A stretch of 64,000 bases of DNA from Camelus dromedarius (Eukaryota). The notes below the pieces were generated by a model that was given only the letters and a program-made list of their open reading frames with translations, was not told the origin of the DNA and did no database searches. How positions within the stretch are numbered: position 1 is the first letter of the stretch; each line of letters starts with the position of its first letter. Positions 52,832-64,000 of the stretch are shown in pieces. The position numbers and the translations under genes were made by a program. The DNA is taken from positions 39,744,001 through 39,808,000 of the forward strand of contig NC_087436.1 of the NCBI RefSeq assembly GCF_036321535.1, read 5' to 3'.

Positions 52832-53091
52832 TTTTTTAACTTTTTTTTATTGAGTTATAGTCATTTTACAGTGTTGTGTCAAATTCCAGTGTGCAGCACA
52901 ATTTTTCAGTTATACATGAACATACATATATTGATTGTCACATTTTTTTTTCTCTGTGAGCTACCACAGATCTTGTATATATTTCCCTGTGCTATACAGT
53001 ATAATCTTGTTTATCTAATCTACATTTTGAAATCCCAGTCTGTCCCTTCCCACCTTCTGCCCCCTTGGCAACCACAAGTTTGTATTCTATG
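52832..53091 (-). mobile_element. Young L1 3' end
   Basis: Poly-T head; perfect 11-bp TSD TATGAGGAAAT at 52821-52831 and 53092-53102. Confidence 0.92.
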
Positions 53092-53799
53092 TATGAGGAA
53101 ATATTTGATAAATATAACCATAGAATTCTACACATATTACTTGTGGAAGATAAATTTTATTTATTGCAGAGAAATTCCCAATTATTTATTGACTACTTGA
53201 TTTTAAACAGGGTGTGCTGACTTGAGTGGAAAAGAAGTAAAAATTTATTATGACAGAAAAGTATAGTTAGAATTTGTTAATAATTTGAGTATTAAATTAT
53301 AAAATATATGGCATGTTCCCTCCCAAAGTCTTAATAATTGTTTTACAAGAGCAGCAATCTATCATATACAGAGAACCAAAAGAAATAGTACACAAGTTGG
53401 AAGGAACATGGGCTTTGAATTCGATCATGTCTATGTCCAAATCCTCAAATCCTGTTTTACTTCTTATATGGAATGTGATCTTGGCCCAGTTACTTGAGAG
53501 TCTCCTTATCTTTGAATTAGTGATAATAGCACCCAGCTAACCGCATTCTGAGGAGGAGGGCAAACTTTAGGCCATTTCCATTTGAAAGTAAGTTTTGAGC
53601 AAGGGAGAGAGTCAGACAACAATCATAATCTATCCAAATTCACATCATCACGGGACACAGCAGTAAAGGGTTTCACAGTAATCAATTTCCTGCTTGTCTT
53701 TAATATTTTATCTTATTTTCTATTGGTTCAAATCTTAGGCATAAAGAGGTGATACCTGAAAAGCTCCATAGTTAAAACCAGAACAATAAATTAAAATGA

Positions 53800-53940
53800 A
53801 GAGAATGGGGTGAGGAGGCTCAAATTCTGGCTCTACCACTTACCACCTGGGCAGATTGCTTAACCAGACTGTGCCTTAGGGCCTTCATCCATCAAATGGA
53901 GATAATGGTCGCTAACTTCTTGGGATTTATTACAGACAGT
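53800..53940 (+). mobile_element. MIR SINE
   Basis: TCAAATTCTGGCTCTACCACTTAC...CTTCATCCATCAAATGGAGATAAT. Confidence 0.75.
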
Positions 53941-56419
53941 AGCAAACAGTCATAATTTACTGATTTATTTGTTCTTGGCAAAAATAGGGAAAATCATTTA
54001 TTGTTCTATGAGTTTAGAGGGCTTTAGTCTTTAAAAGAGGAATTAGATCACAAGCTTCCCAGAATAGAATCTTAAGTAGTAATTATGAGTGGACTTTGAT
54101 GTTTGAAGTTTGTGGCACCAGAAAGTAGTGTTTTTGGTTAGAGCAATTTTGGAGCCTTGGTGCTAGGGAAACTATTCAAGCAGTAGATTTCTGCTCAGCT
54201 AACAGTCTGATACTGCCAGGAGATGATTACTAAAAATGTATAAATGAAAGCTTATACAAGTTTAAAAAATGAAACTATTAAAAAAGAAACTTACTGAGAA
54301 GGCAGGGTTAGAGAGTATTAATAACCATCATAAAAGGTAACAGTCCAAGAGACAAAAGAAAGAGCAATTCGGGCAAAACTAATCATTCTTCTCACCCCTA
54401 TTCCATCTGAACATCTTGTGTTTGAATTGCAGTTACCAAGAAAATAGTGAATGTTTTGAATAAAGTACACTGGAATTCTACTATGTTACAGCAACAGGAG
54501 AAATGTAGGAGCTATTCTGTTTGATAAGTATCTTTTTCATCTAAAATAGTAAATACATGTACCAAGTGTGACAAGGTAATATTTCACTAGAATTCATATC
54601 TAAAGGCCAGATAATGCCTTTTCGTTCCTACTGGTAATGTGATCTTCATGGTTATTCTGTTCTAGTGCAGCTGAGATAATGCCACCTGAATTCTCTGTTT
54701 AGATCTAAAGAATATGCCCTATGGATTAGATGAGAAGTACCTTCTTAGAAACAGAAAAGCTTACCTTTTCATTTTGACCTGTATATCAGGACATGTGTCC
54801 CTTGTCATAGTTATGTATTATAAATATCTTCTTTCAGTGTGTGGCTTGTCTTTTCATTCTCTTAATGGTATTTTTGATGAACAAAACTTCTCTATTAAAA
54901 AGAAGTCCTCAACTTCAATGATGTTCAATATATCATTCTTTTATGATGAATGCTGTTTCATGTGCTGTTTAAGAAATCATTGCCTCCTCAAGATAAAGGA
55001 AGAGGCTGCTAATATGAATTCACCTGAAGCATAATTTTATCTGATAGATGACATATAAATTAAAGACATGACCATTTAATCACTCTTATTGACACTACAA
55101 TATTGCAAGTTTATTAGAAACAAATTATTGGTGCAATAAGTTATAAATTTTGTGAGTTTACTGGCAGCAATAAGTTTATCCTTATTAAACATTTAATATA
55201 AATTACTCTAAAATTTCTCATGAAACCTTCCATGTTTAGACTCATCCAAATTTTAGAAAGAAAGTGCCTGAAAACCTACCTCTCCCCAAGACTCTCTTCA
55301 CTGGTACAGGTGCCCTTCTGTGATACTTCATATGCTGTCTAGTGTTGCCTCTATACACCAGTTCTCCAGATACTTGGAGATAACTCTTGTCTTCCCGTGA
55401 AGATTTTGCTTTTAAAGGGCATCACATACTTAAGGAGGAGTGAGCATCTGGTTTTGGGGTGAAAGAGGAAGACAGCCAGCAGGCATGGAAACCAAGGATC
55501 TGGAGATTGGAAAGAATTTCAGGCATCTAAGTAGAACTGTGAGACTCATCTAACCTGGGGATGTATGAGCTCTGAGCATGAATGCTCAGAGAACATTCTT
55601 TTTTGGGGGGGTTTTCAGCTTTTAAGTTAGAGTCAAAGAGGTACAGGGGAAATTAGGAATGTGGAATGATGAAACTCATGTAGTAAAGTTTATAGAGTAA
55701 CATCAGTGCCTCCAGTTGAATTGAGTTAAGGCCTAAGAAAAGGTCTCCGCATCTGTTGATTTTTAATTCATTGGTGTAGGTATACACTTTTACTACAGTG
55801 AAGGGATCAAAAATCATATATTGTGGGGGTTAATGATAAACTAGTATAGTTAGTGTGGGTAAAATCAACTTTTCTTTTTTGTGGCAATAGAAAAACATTG
55901 AAGCCTGGGGTAGCTAAAAGTGAAGCTGTTAAGGCTGTTGGCTCACTGGTGAGAAGGAAAAATGTTAAGATTGTTGTTGTATTAAGAAAACGTGCTGCTT
56001 ACATTCTAGAAAAATATTGGCAATGATGAGAAGTGTTTTTACATTCACTTGAGGTGCTGTGTACTTTGTGGAAGGTTGCCACTTCACATCTTGACAATTA
56101 TGAGAGCAGTTACCCATAGAAACCTGAGCTAAATTCTGCAGTATTTGTGATTATTCAAGCAATGCTTTGCTGTCCTTAGAGAGCAGTTTATCTGGAAATT
56201 CCCTTATGTATCCTCTGGACCTTTTGAAAACATGGGTAAATTAGAGGTGGGATATTCCAGAAAAGGAAGAGATAATTGAAAGGAAGAGGTTCACAAAAAT
56301 ATGGGAGGATATTTAGGGCCCAAGAAGAGCAGAACTTAGTCTTGGGAGAAAAAAAAAAAAACAACTTTAAATCAGAAAAAAATTGAAAGCAAAATAAAAT
56401 GTGATAAAGAAAGAGCTAT

Positions 56420-56545
56420 AGAGCTTATTATCACTACAATGGCAATTACATTATGATACAAAAGTGTATCAAATTAACATGTTGTACCCCTTAAAAATTC
56501 ACAATATGACATGTCAAATATATTTCAATTAAAAAAAGAAAAATA
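56420..56545 (+). mobile_element. Short L1 3' end
   Basis: TATCAAATTAACATGTTGTACCCCTTAAA...TGTCAAATATATTTCAATT then A tail. Confidence 0.75.
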
Positions 56546-57749
56546 AGGAACTACAGAGATATGTAAGGGTAGAGAAAAGCAAAGCAAAAGGTAATTAACA
56601 TTTAATAGTATCAGTCTCCTTGTAGGGAAGCTTGACTGCTGAGAGGAAAAAAGTCTCAGTTATATTTTTTTATTTAGTTTTGAAAACAGTAAATAAAAAT
56701 ACAAGATTTGCAAGAGTCATAAGGATCATGAAAGACATGTTATGGTATGAATAAAAGGAATTAGGTAAAAGTTATATTACTGATTGAAAAAAAAAGTGTG
56801 TTAATACCATAGATTTATGTAGAAAATAACAAAGCACGTACAAATATTAAGTAATAATAATAATAATATTTTGTTTAAAACTAGACCCTAGGAATGAAAG
56901 CATTCTATTTATTGTCTGCCTGCTCTTCTGAGTTAGGACTTTCTCTGATGCAAATCAATCCAGGACCGATTGTTGGTCGATTGTTCCAGAGAGGCCCAGG
57001 TCTCCTCTCATCAGGAGAGATGAACGTTTCCTAAACATGGCGCTGTTTCTGGAAGGACTCTTCTTCTTGCCAGCTAGTCCACTTAAATTTGGAGACTTTC
57101 TGAAACATCGTCAATCCAGACTAAGCATTAGTCCTTCCAAGAGACTTGAGTCTTCCTTATCAAATGTGCTGGTGATTCTTAAAATCTGACAGGATCTCAT
57201 CTTCTTTCTAACACATCCCACATCTAGAACTCTTTGCAAAGTCATTTGGTTTCCTATGCTTCTAAACACTGTATCTTTTCAAATTTGCATTCTGTCTTTC
57301 AGGAATCACTTAGGCTATCTTTCACTCTTTTGCAGTATAGATAAAGGCTACCTTTCAGTAACTTAATACTAGAAAGACTCTGGTTTATTCTGTGTAGGCC
57401 TCTGTTATATTATGGAGTTGGTTTACAAGTGAAACAACCTTCTATCTTCAGTGAAATTGGGAGATCAGTATAATGCTTGCTAATATTTTTCTCAGATGTG
57501 AAAGGATATTGCTTCACTTCTCCTCAGATCTTTGTGCTAAGTAGTACTTTTCCCTTGTCCTAATTTGCCTTTTCTGGGCTCTGGCTCTCCCCCATGCCTT
57601 TCCCAGAACAGAATCCCATCCCTACAGAAGAATGAAAAGTTTTGTGACTATACTATGCTACCTACCAGATAGCACTCTCCCAGATAAATGTACATCTGGG
57701 GTTCTAAGCACTTACTAGTTTGTGGCTGTTTGCCAAGAATCCAACCAGG

Positions 57750-58550
57750 CATACAGCAGACATTTATGGAGTGCTGACTATATCACAAGACTAGATACTA
57801 GACATATGGTGGAGAGGATGCCAAACCAATCATTGCTTTCTTGGAATGAATAGACAATAAGCTGGAGGATTTCAAGTAGTTACGTTGCTATGAAGACAAT
57901 AAACAGGGTTATGGGATAGAGAGTGAGTGGGAGAGGCTACGTTAGATTTGGAAATCAAGGAAGACTGTTCTGTGAAGTTGCAGAAAGCTGAATGATCAGG
58001 AGCTGGTCCTGTGAATAGCTGAGAGAAGTATCCTCCAAGCTGAGGGAAAGTGAGTGCCCTAATATGGGATCAAGTTGGTGTATTCCAAGAGCACAAAGAG
58101 GCTAGTGTGTGTGGAGGACCATGGACAAAGGGGGAAAATATGAGAAGGTTAGGTAGGTAAGCAGAAACTAGTTGATACAGAATGTGAGAAATTGGGATTT
58201 TATTTCAGGTGCACTAGAATTTTGACCAAGAAAATTGTATGGTTTAGTTTTGATTATAAAATGATCATTCTGGATGTTATGTGGAGAATGGGCAAAATAG
58301 CTGATTCAGGACGACCAATTAAGAGGCTCTGCCCATAGTCTATGTGAAAAATTTAGAGGTTTGTACAAGGATGTTGGTGGCAGAGATAACAGAAAATGAT
58401 AGGTTCAGGATTTATTTGGGAGTTAGGCTTGACTGATTTGTCAATTGATTGGATACAGAGAATGAGGGAAAAGAGACAACTTGAGGTTGATTCCTGGGGT
58501 TTTGGCTAAGGAAAGTGAGAGGATGGTGGTGATATTTATAGATTACAACT
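57750..58550 (-). mobile_element. L2a-like element (further pieces to about 59700)
   Basis: CAGACATTTATGGAGTGCTGACTAT tail; ATCATTCTGGATGTTATGTGGAGAATGG. Confidence 0.8.
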
Positions 58551-58974
58551 AAAGCATATATTCTAGAGACAAGCGTTCCAGCATGACTTTCCGGTTATCC
58601 AAAGTTCTGACTGTGGTAACTCTGAAGTATTATTCTGGGAGTCATTTCAGGACTTAGAGAGTGCCTGTTCCTCCAGCCTCTCTATCATTTGGACAGCATC
58701 TGATTTTCTGTATTACATCCCTTTATCTTTTCTGTGCTAAAGTGATTTCTACTTTTTGCAACTGAACTCTGGCAGTATGAGCCTGGAGAAAATCAGGAAG
58801 AATACAATTTTGTCAAAGACAAGGGAAAAAGCAAAAAAGCTTTGTGATAGAACTGTCGATTTTGTTGAATTGTGGAATGAGGCTGAGAAATCAAATAAAA
58901 TGAATCAAAAGAACTGCTCTTTGCATTTAATATGGAGTAATTGGTGCTGATGGTAACTACAGTTCAGTTAGAAT

Positions 58975-59525
58975 CATTACCCCAAAAGGGGAGGGGAAAA
59001 ACAACCTCAGTTCTTGTCTTGCCTGAAAGAGAATTCAGATGGGAGGCAGAAGCACTGTGTAGCAAAAGATTTTAAAGATCTTATTAGCAAGGTGAAAGTA
59101 CGCCCTCAGGACTGGAAGCGGGCTGATCCAAAGGTGGACAGCAGTATCTTTCTTTGCCCCTTCTCTTATACCCTCGCTTGGATGTAGTCTTTTGGTTGAT
59201 TGACGGCTCTTGCCCCTGGAGTGCTTAGTCATACCCAGCCCCTCTTGCGTATGTCCTTAACCATGATGCACACAGGAAAACCCCCGAGCGGGGCCTAAAC
59301 TGCAATGCTAATTAAATTACAATGAGCACTCGGTCCTGTCCGGTTTGGTCTTTTTCATTACCACAGGGTCATGGTCTTCGGGTTTTAACCAGTTTCTTAC
59401 TGGCACTCATTTAGAGGAAGTAAAGCCCCTTTATGCTGCAGGCGGGCATATCACCATCTTCCAAACCATCCTCCCTCTCCTCCACCTTATCTGCCTGGTG
59501 TCCCAACTTATCTAACTGCCTAACA
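58975..59525 (-). mobile_element. Solo ERV1-type LTR
   Basis: 4-bp TSD GAAT at 58971-58974 and 59526-59529; ends CCTAACA; CpG-retaining interior. Confidence 0.8.
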
Positions 59526-59711
59526 GAATGTTAAAGGGAAACCCAAGTAGATGAGTTTGAGGAGCAAACAGGAAATGATAAAGGAACAGAGAAACTATAT
59601 AGATAAGTCTTTTAAGTAGTTTTGTTGTGACATGGAACAGAGAAATGTTATAGTAGCTATAGGGGGGCATGGGGTCAAGGAAGGATGCATTTGGAGAAGA
59701 GATACTTTATA

Positions 59712-60040
59712 TTTCAGTTATCTTGCTTTTGGTTGCAAGTTGCAGAAAGTCTAATTCAAACTGGCTTAAGCAATTAAAAAAAATTGGAATGATTCATGTA
59801 ACTGAAAAAGTCCAGAATTAAAGATTGCACCTGTATTTTTCTGCAGCTCTCAGTTCTACAGTTCTCTACAGTTTTCTTTATACTCAATTTCAGCTTTTAT
59901 TATAATAGCAAAATAATATCAGTAATTCTGGCTTTCACATCTTTATAGCATACAGACCAGAGCGAGAGGAAACACAAGTCCTGACACTCATTCTGATTGG
60001 GCCAACATAAATCTGTCATAATGATACAGGAAAAAAATGA
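59712..60040 (-). mobile_element. Old MLT1-type LTR fragment
   Basis: TTTTGGTTGCAAGTTGCAGAAAG...TCAAACTGGCTTAAGC...CATGTAACTGAAAAGTCCAG. Confidence 0.65.
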
Positions 60041-60041
60041 A

Positions 60042-60671
60042 TGTGGGGCGAGAGGAGGGCTATGTCCCAGGTCTTGTTTGAATCCCTGAGACGTGCCCCA
60101 CCAAGTGTGAGTCCTTTGCTTCATGCAGGAAGGAATTCAAGGGCGAGCCACAGTTGAGTAAAGACAGATTTATTTAGAGATATACATATTATACAGAGGG
60201 TAGGCTGTTTCAGAAGACAAGAGAAAGGCTATGAGGTGTGGGGGTTAGGTGCTCAGGTTAAAGTAAAAGGAGATACACATTCCATAGACAGAGTGTGGGC
60301 TATCTGTCTCCAAAGATGAGGGAGCTACAAAGGGGGCTGTGAGGCACAGTGTTGTCAGTTTTTATGGACTCAGTTGCTTCACATGCCAACAAGTGGGAAG
60401 ACCATTCCAACTACCCTGGGAAAGGGGCTGGGATTCCCAGGACCTGGGCCACCACCCACTCTTTGACCTTTTGTGGTTATCCTTGAAGCTGTCATGGAGC
60501 CTGTTGGTATATATCACGAGTGTATAACAAAGCTCAAGATCTACTGGAAGTCAAATCTCCCGCCATCTTGGGCCTCAAGGCCCACTGGGAGTTGGCTCTT
60601 CCACCATTTTGGTGTTAATTGTTGTGTCATTCCTTGAATGGCTGTGCCCTGCCCTCTTCCCTCCTGGCTCA
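60042..60671 (-). mobile_element. Solo ERV1-type LTR
   Basis: CAGGAAGGAATTCAAGGGCGAGCCA, TTTATT at about 60169, CCGCCATCTTGG; ends approximate. Confidence 0.7.
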
Positions 60672-61287
60672 GTAATGTCCAGAGAAGTTTCATGGATTCA
60701 TCCAGACAGGGGTCTGGATTCCTGCCACTCCCCAAATCAATACCTGTGTGAGGGGGAGTTGCATTACCTGAATTGCTTATACCTTGAAGCTGAAGGTCAA
60801 GGTCAATCTCATCCAGCATTTGGCTGATGGACAATGAGGGTGGACAACCAGTATGTGTGTGGTCTGTGTGCTGTGGGAAAGAAGCCAGAGGAGGAAATCA
60901 GTAGCAGAGCAGAAAGTAGAGGTAATTTCAGAGTGAGGCTTGTGAGGGAGCAGGAGGAGTGCTTCAGAGCACAAGTGCAGAGGCTGGACTTGGGTAGGAG
61001 GAGTGTCATTTTCTCCGCTGAGAGGAGAGAGGAAGAGAGTGTGGCTGGGGCAGAGAGCAGCCGGATGAATTGGGAGGAAGGGGTTCCCATATGATGGCTT
61101 CTATTTTCCCAGAAGAGTGTGAGATAAGACCATCAGTTGATGGTGAAGGAGGTGGGGGCAGAGGAAGGTTGTCATGAGAAGGGAAAGTGTGAAATCCTCA
61201 TTTTGGAGGGTGTGAAAGTGAATTGTGGGGGTATACAGGATCTACAGAGAAGGAGTGAAGGACTGAGAACCACTCTCATATTCCTAT

Positions 61288-61597
61288 TGTTGCCGAGTCC
61301 AAACTCATTCTGCTCACCGCAGGACAGGCCAATAAATTGGGAGATGAAGTATTGGCGCAAGGAATAGTGACTTTATTCAGAAAGCTGGCAGACCGAGAGG
61401 ATGGCAGACTAACCATCCTGCTCTAGTCAGAATACAGGCTCCTTTTATACAAAAAAACAAGGGAGGGGGTATGGTTGATTGTTGCAATCTTCTTGCTACA
61501 GGCATTCTTTGTTCTTGCAGCCATCCCCGTGGACCAGGTCATGGTGTCCCTGTAAACCTCCAACAAAACAAAGGTTATTCTCTACTCTACTATTTCT
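61288..61597 (-). mobile_element. Partial ERV1-type LTR (family of 51579-52095)
   Basis: CCAAACTCATTCT...GACAGGCCAATAAAT...CAGGCTCCTTTTATAC...CATGGTGTCCCTGTAAAC shared with the 51.6-kb copy. Confidence 0.8.
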
Positions 61598-62178
61598 GTT
61601 TTGAAGTGTGAACAAAAGTTCGCCTACCTGCTGCACAGTGAGGGCAAACAAATTGAAACCACAACGTCAGAATTTGGAGCAGGAGAAGGTTTATTGTGGG
61701 GCCAAACAAGGAGAATGAGTGGCTTGTGTTCACAAAACCTGGACTCTCTGGTGGTTTTCAGGAAGACGTTTTTATAGGCAAAATTTGGGGTGAAGGCTGC
61801 AGGATATTTGACTTTCTTCTGATTAGTTGGTGATGAGGTAACAGGATGGTGTTCCAGGAGTCTTGTGCTCAGCCTGAAGTTGCCATCCTCCACCAGGGTG
61901 GGAGCCTTAGTTCCTGCAGGAGAAATCAAGGTATTGTGATGTATATTCCTTGAGGAGGAACCAGGACCCATCCCCCCACCCAAGGCTGCACTTTCTTGAC
62001 TGTTCCTCCCTTGTCTCTGTGCTCTCTCCCATCCCTGATTAGCAGCAACTCTTTGAATCTGCCCTTTGAAACTAAGAGAAGGTCAAGAAAGCTGAATGAA
62101 GCCTGTCCTACTAACAAGAAATGGAGGACATGGAGTATTTGTACCAGGGAAGATCCCATAGGGTACTGCTCTGTTTCA
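61598..62178 (-). mobile_element. Solo ERV1-type LTR (related to 34964-35439)
   Basis: TG...CA termini; shared TTCTGATT-GTTGGTG-TGAGGTAACAGGA and CATAGGGT near the end. Confidence 0.8.
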
Positions 62179-62710
62179 GAGGCTTGCAATTCTCCCAGAC
62201 ACTCAAGAACAAATTTGAAGTGTTTATTTATTATCTCTCTCCTTTTTCTATTTTCCTTAGTCCTAATTTCTAGAAAAGATTTTTCTTAAGAATTAAAAAA
62301 AAATCATTCTTTTCCTCTCATCCCACCTTCCCTCCTCTGGTACAAACTGTCATCCTTGCACAGGATGATTATTCTGGCAGCCCCGGTAAAACTCTCCTTA
62401 TCTTCAGCCACTTCCTCCTTTGATCCAATCTCAGCGCTGTCAGAATAATCCTCCCTAAATACAGCTTTTGTCAGGTTGCTTCCTCTTTCACCACATCTGC
62501 CTGAGTTCCAAAGGTCTTCAGGCAAGGTCTTCCTTGTATTTCTTCCCTCCGCTTTCCAATACAGAAATTTCTAGTCGTGTCAATCTAGTCTTTTCCTTTG
62601 CCCAAGACCTTAATGTCGTATTCCTTTCCACTTTTCCGTGTTCACTCATGGTCCAGGTGCAAGAAATTGCAAACCAGGCCTTTTCACTACATCCAGTCAG
62701 ACCCACTCTT

Positions 62711-62912
62711 CAGGACTCTGCTGTGGAGCTTTCTGGGATGATGGAAATGTTCTATAGCTCTGTCTGCACAGTCACATGTAGCTATTAAGCACTTGTTGTG
62801 AGTGAGGAACTTATATTTAAATTTTATTTTTAGTTATCTTTAATTTTACTTACATGTAAATTTAAATGTAAATAGCCATGTGTGGCTTAGTGGTGGCTGC
62901 GTGGACACACAG
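62711..62912. mobile_element. MER3 DNA transposon
   Basis: GATGATGGAAATGTTCTATA...GTCACATGTAGCTATTAAGCACTTG...AATAGCCATGTGTGGCT. Confidence 0.8.
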
Positions 62913-62968
62913 TTTTAGGACCAACTCATTGCTTCCTTGAAGCCACTTAGCCAGTTCAACCTTGATAG

Positions 62969-63438
62969 TGTTGATAAAAAGCTAATCCGTTGATCTGAGA
63001 AAGAAATGGAAAATTTTATTCAAGCCAAATTTGAGGATTATAACCTAGGAAGAGCAATCTCAGAAAGCCCTGACAAGTGTTCTGCCAGTTGGAAATCAAA
63101 GCACAGTTATGAGTTTTCTGAGACAGAAGGCTGCACATCAAATGACATATTTATTGATAGTTTACATAATCCAGGTCTAAGCATCATCCTGGTGGGTCAT
63201 GTGACCCCTTACAAGATCAAGAAGGAATGTTATCTTCTAAGGAGTTGTCCTGTTGATGGTGGGAGAATGTTGCTTTTTGTGGTTGAGCAAGAATTCCTTC
63301 TGATGGGGGAGGTTTGGTCCATGCATAACACAGACACATCGAGCACAGTGAGGGGAGAGAAGGGGCCAAAGGACAGAGAATAATTTTTTATGCTTAAATT
63401 TTTCTTATCTTGCCATGAAATATGTATTTTATTTTACA
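62969..63438 (-). mobile_element. Solo ERV1-type LTR
   Basis: TGTTGA...TTTACA termini; perfect TSD ATAG at 62965-62968 and 63439-63442; TTTATT at about 63016. Confidence 0.88.
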
Positions 63439-63723
63439 ATAGAAATTTCCCCTTGTGGGAAGTCCTGCAGCTTTGATGCTCTACACAGCGGAGTTGTACG
63501 TTTAGTTCTATATTTTCCAGCTTTCAAGTTTTCACAATTGCTTTGTTTCTCCCTTTGTCTTATTTTTCTCTTCTACCTATAATGTTGAGCTCAAAACATA
63601 ACCTTCAATATATACTTGACTAAAATTTTGAATTATTTATGTGTAAGGGGCCGCTCCTCCCCTACTGAAACAAGTTAGGAAACTGAAGATAAAAATGGTG
63701 AACAATCTTTCTGGTCATCCTTT

Positions 63724-64000
63724 TGTTATTTGAAAACTGGGTTCTCCTCTTGGTAGGAGTCGAGCCAAAAGACACAACTAAATCAAAGACTGGGAGAAGG
63801 AAGGATTTATTATTACTTGCAGCAAGTAAGGAGAACACCTGGGATCTTTCCCAAAGCAGTGTCTCCCTGAACAGCAAAATTGGGAAAGTTTTAAGCTAAG
63901 GGTACACGCACATTCTTGAAGCAGAGGAGAATTCAGCATAGAATTGGGGCCAAGGTCAACAGAGTCCACGCTTTAGTTGATTGAAGTCTGGAGGGCCAAC
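63724..64000 (-). mobile_element. ERV1-type LTR running off the window end
   Basis: TGTTATTTGAAAACTGGGTT start; TTTATT at about 63806; TTACTTGCAGCAAGTAAG. Confidence 0.7.

Noticed and set aside
51579..61597. About 10-kb provirus bounded by two same-family, same-strand LTRs
   Set aside because: The interior consists of MIR, L2 and L1 host sequence with no gag, pol or env; the LTRs are clearly diverged and no shared TSD is seen
63006..63383. 125-aa ATG ORF
   Set aside because: Entirely within a TSD-flanked solo LTR, antisense to it, with no recognisable homology
1..64000. CRISPR array, operon or prokaryotic defence system
   Set aside because: The sequence is repeat-rich mammalian DNA; no regularly spaced repeats with spacers and no gene-sized ORFs

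Overview
Mammalian nuclear DNA, most likely a camelid (inference: four tRNA-Ala-derived SINEs resembling Vic-1, cetartiodactyl-type L1 3' ends, no Alu, Bov-B or PRE-1 recognised). I found no protein-coding exon, RNA gene or CRISPR array. The ORF track consists of chance frames or decayed L1 ORF2 / ERV-L pol fragments. The window is dominated by transposon fossils: ancient L1M, L2, MIR, MER3, MLT1, LTR16/33/40-type LTRs and four ERV-L internal remnants, plus younger solo ERV1-type LTRs, 5'-truncated L1s and SINEs, many with readable target-site duplications (TSDs). The most notable non-repeat signals are a very dense 137-bp CpG patch at 634-770 and two motif-rich unique blocks (about 30.0-30.55 kb and 56.9-57.3 kb). 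Young LTRs and SINEs are strongly biased to the minus strand, which hints at an unseen plus-strand transcription unit. I could not support a new biological system from sequence alone. Subfamily names come from recalled consensus sequences, not a database search, and boundaries without TSDs are approximate.
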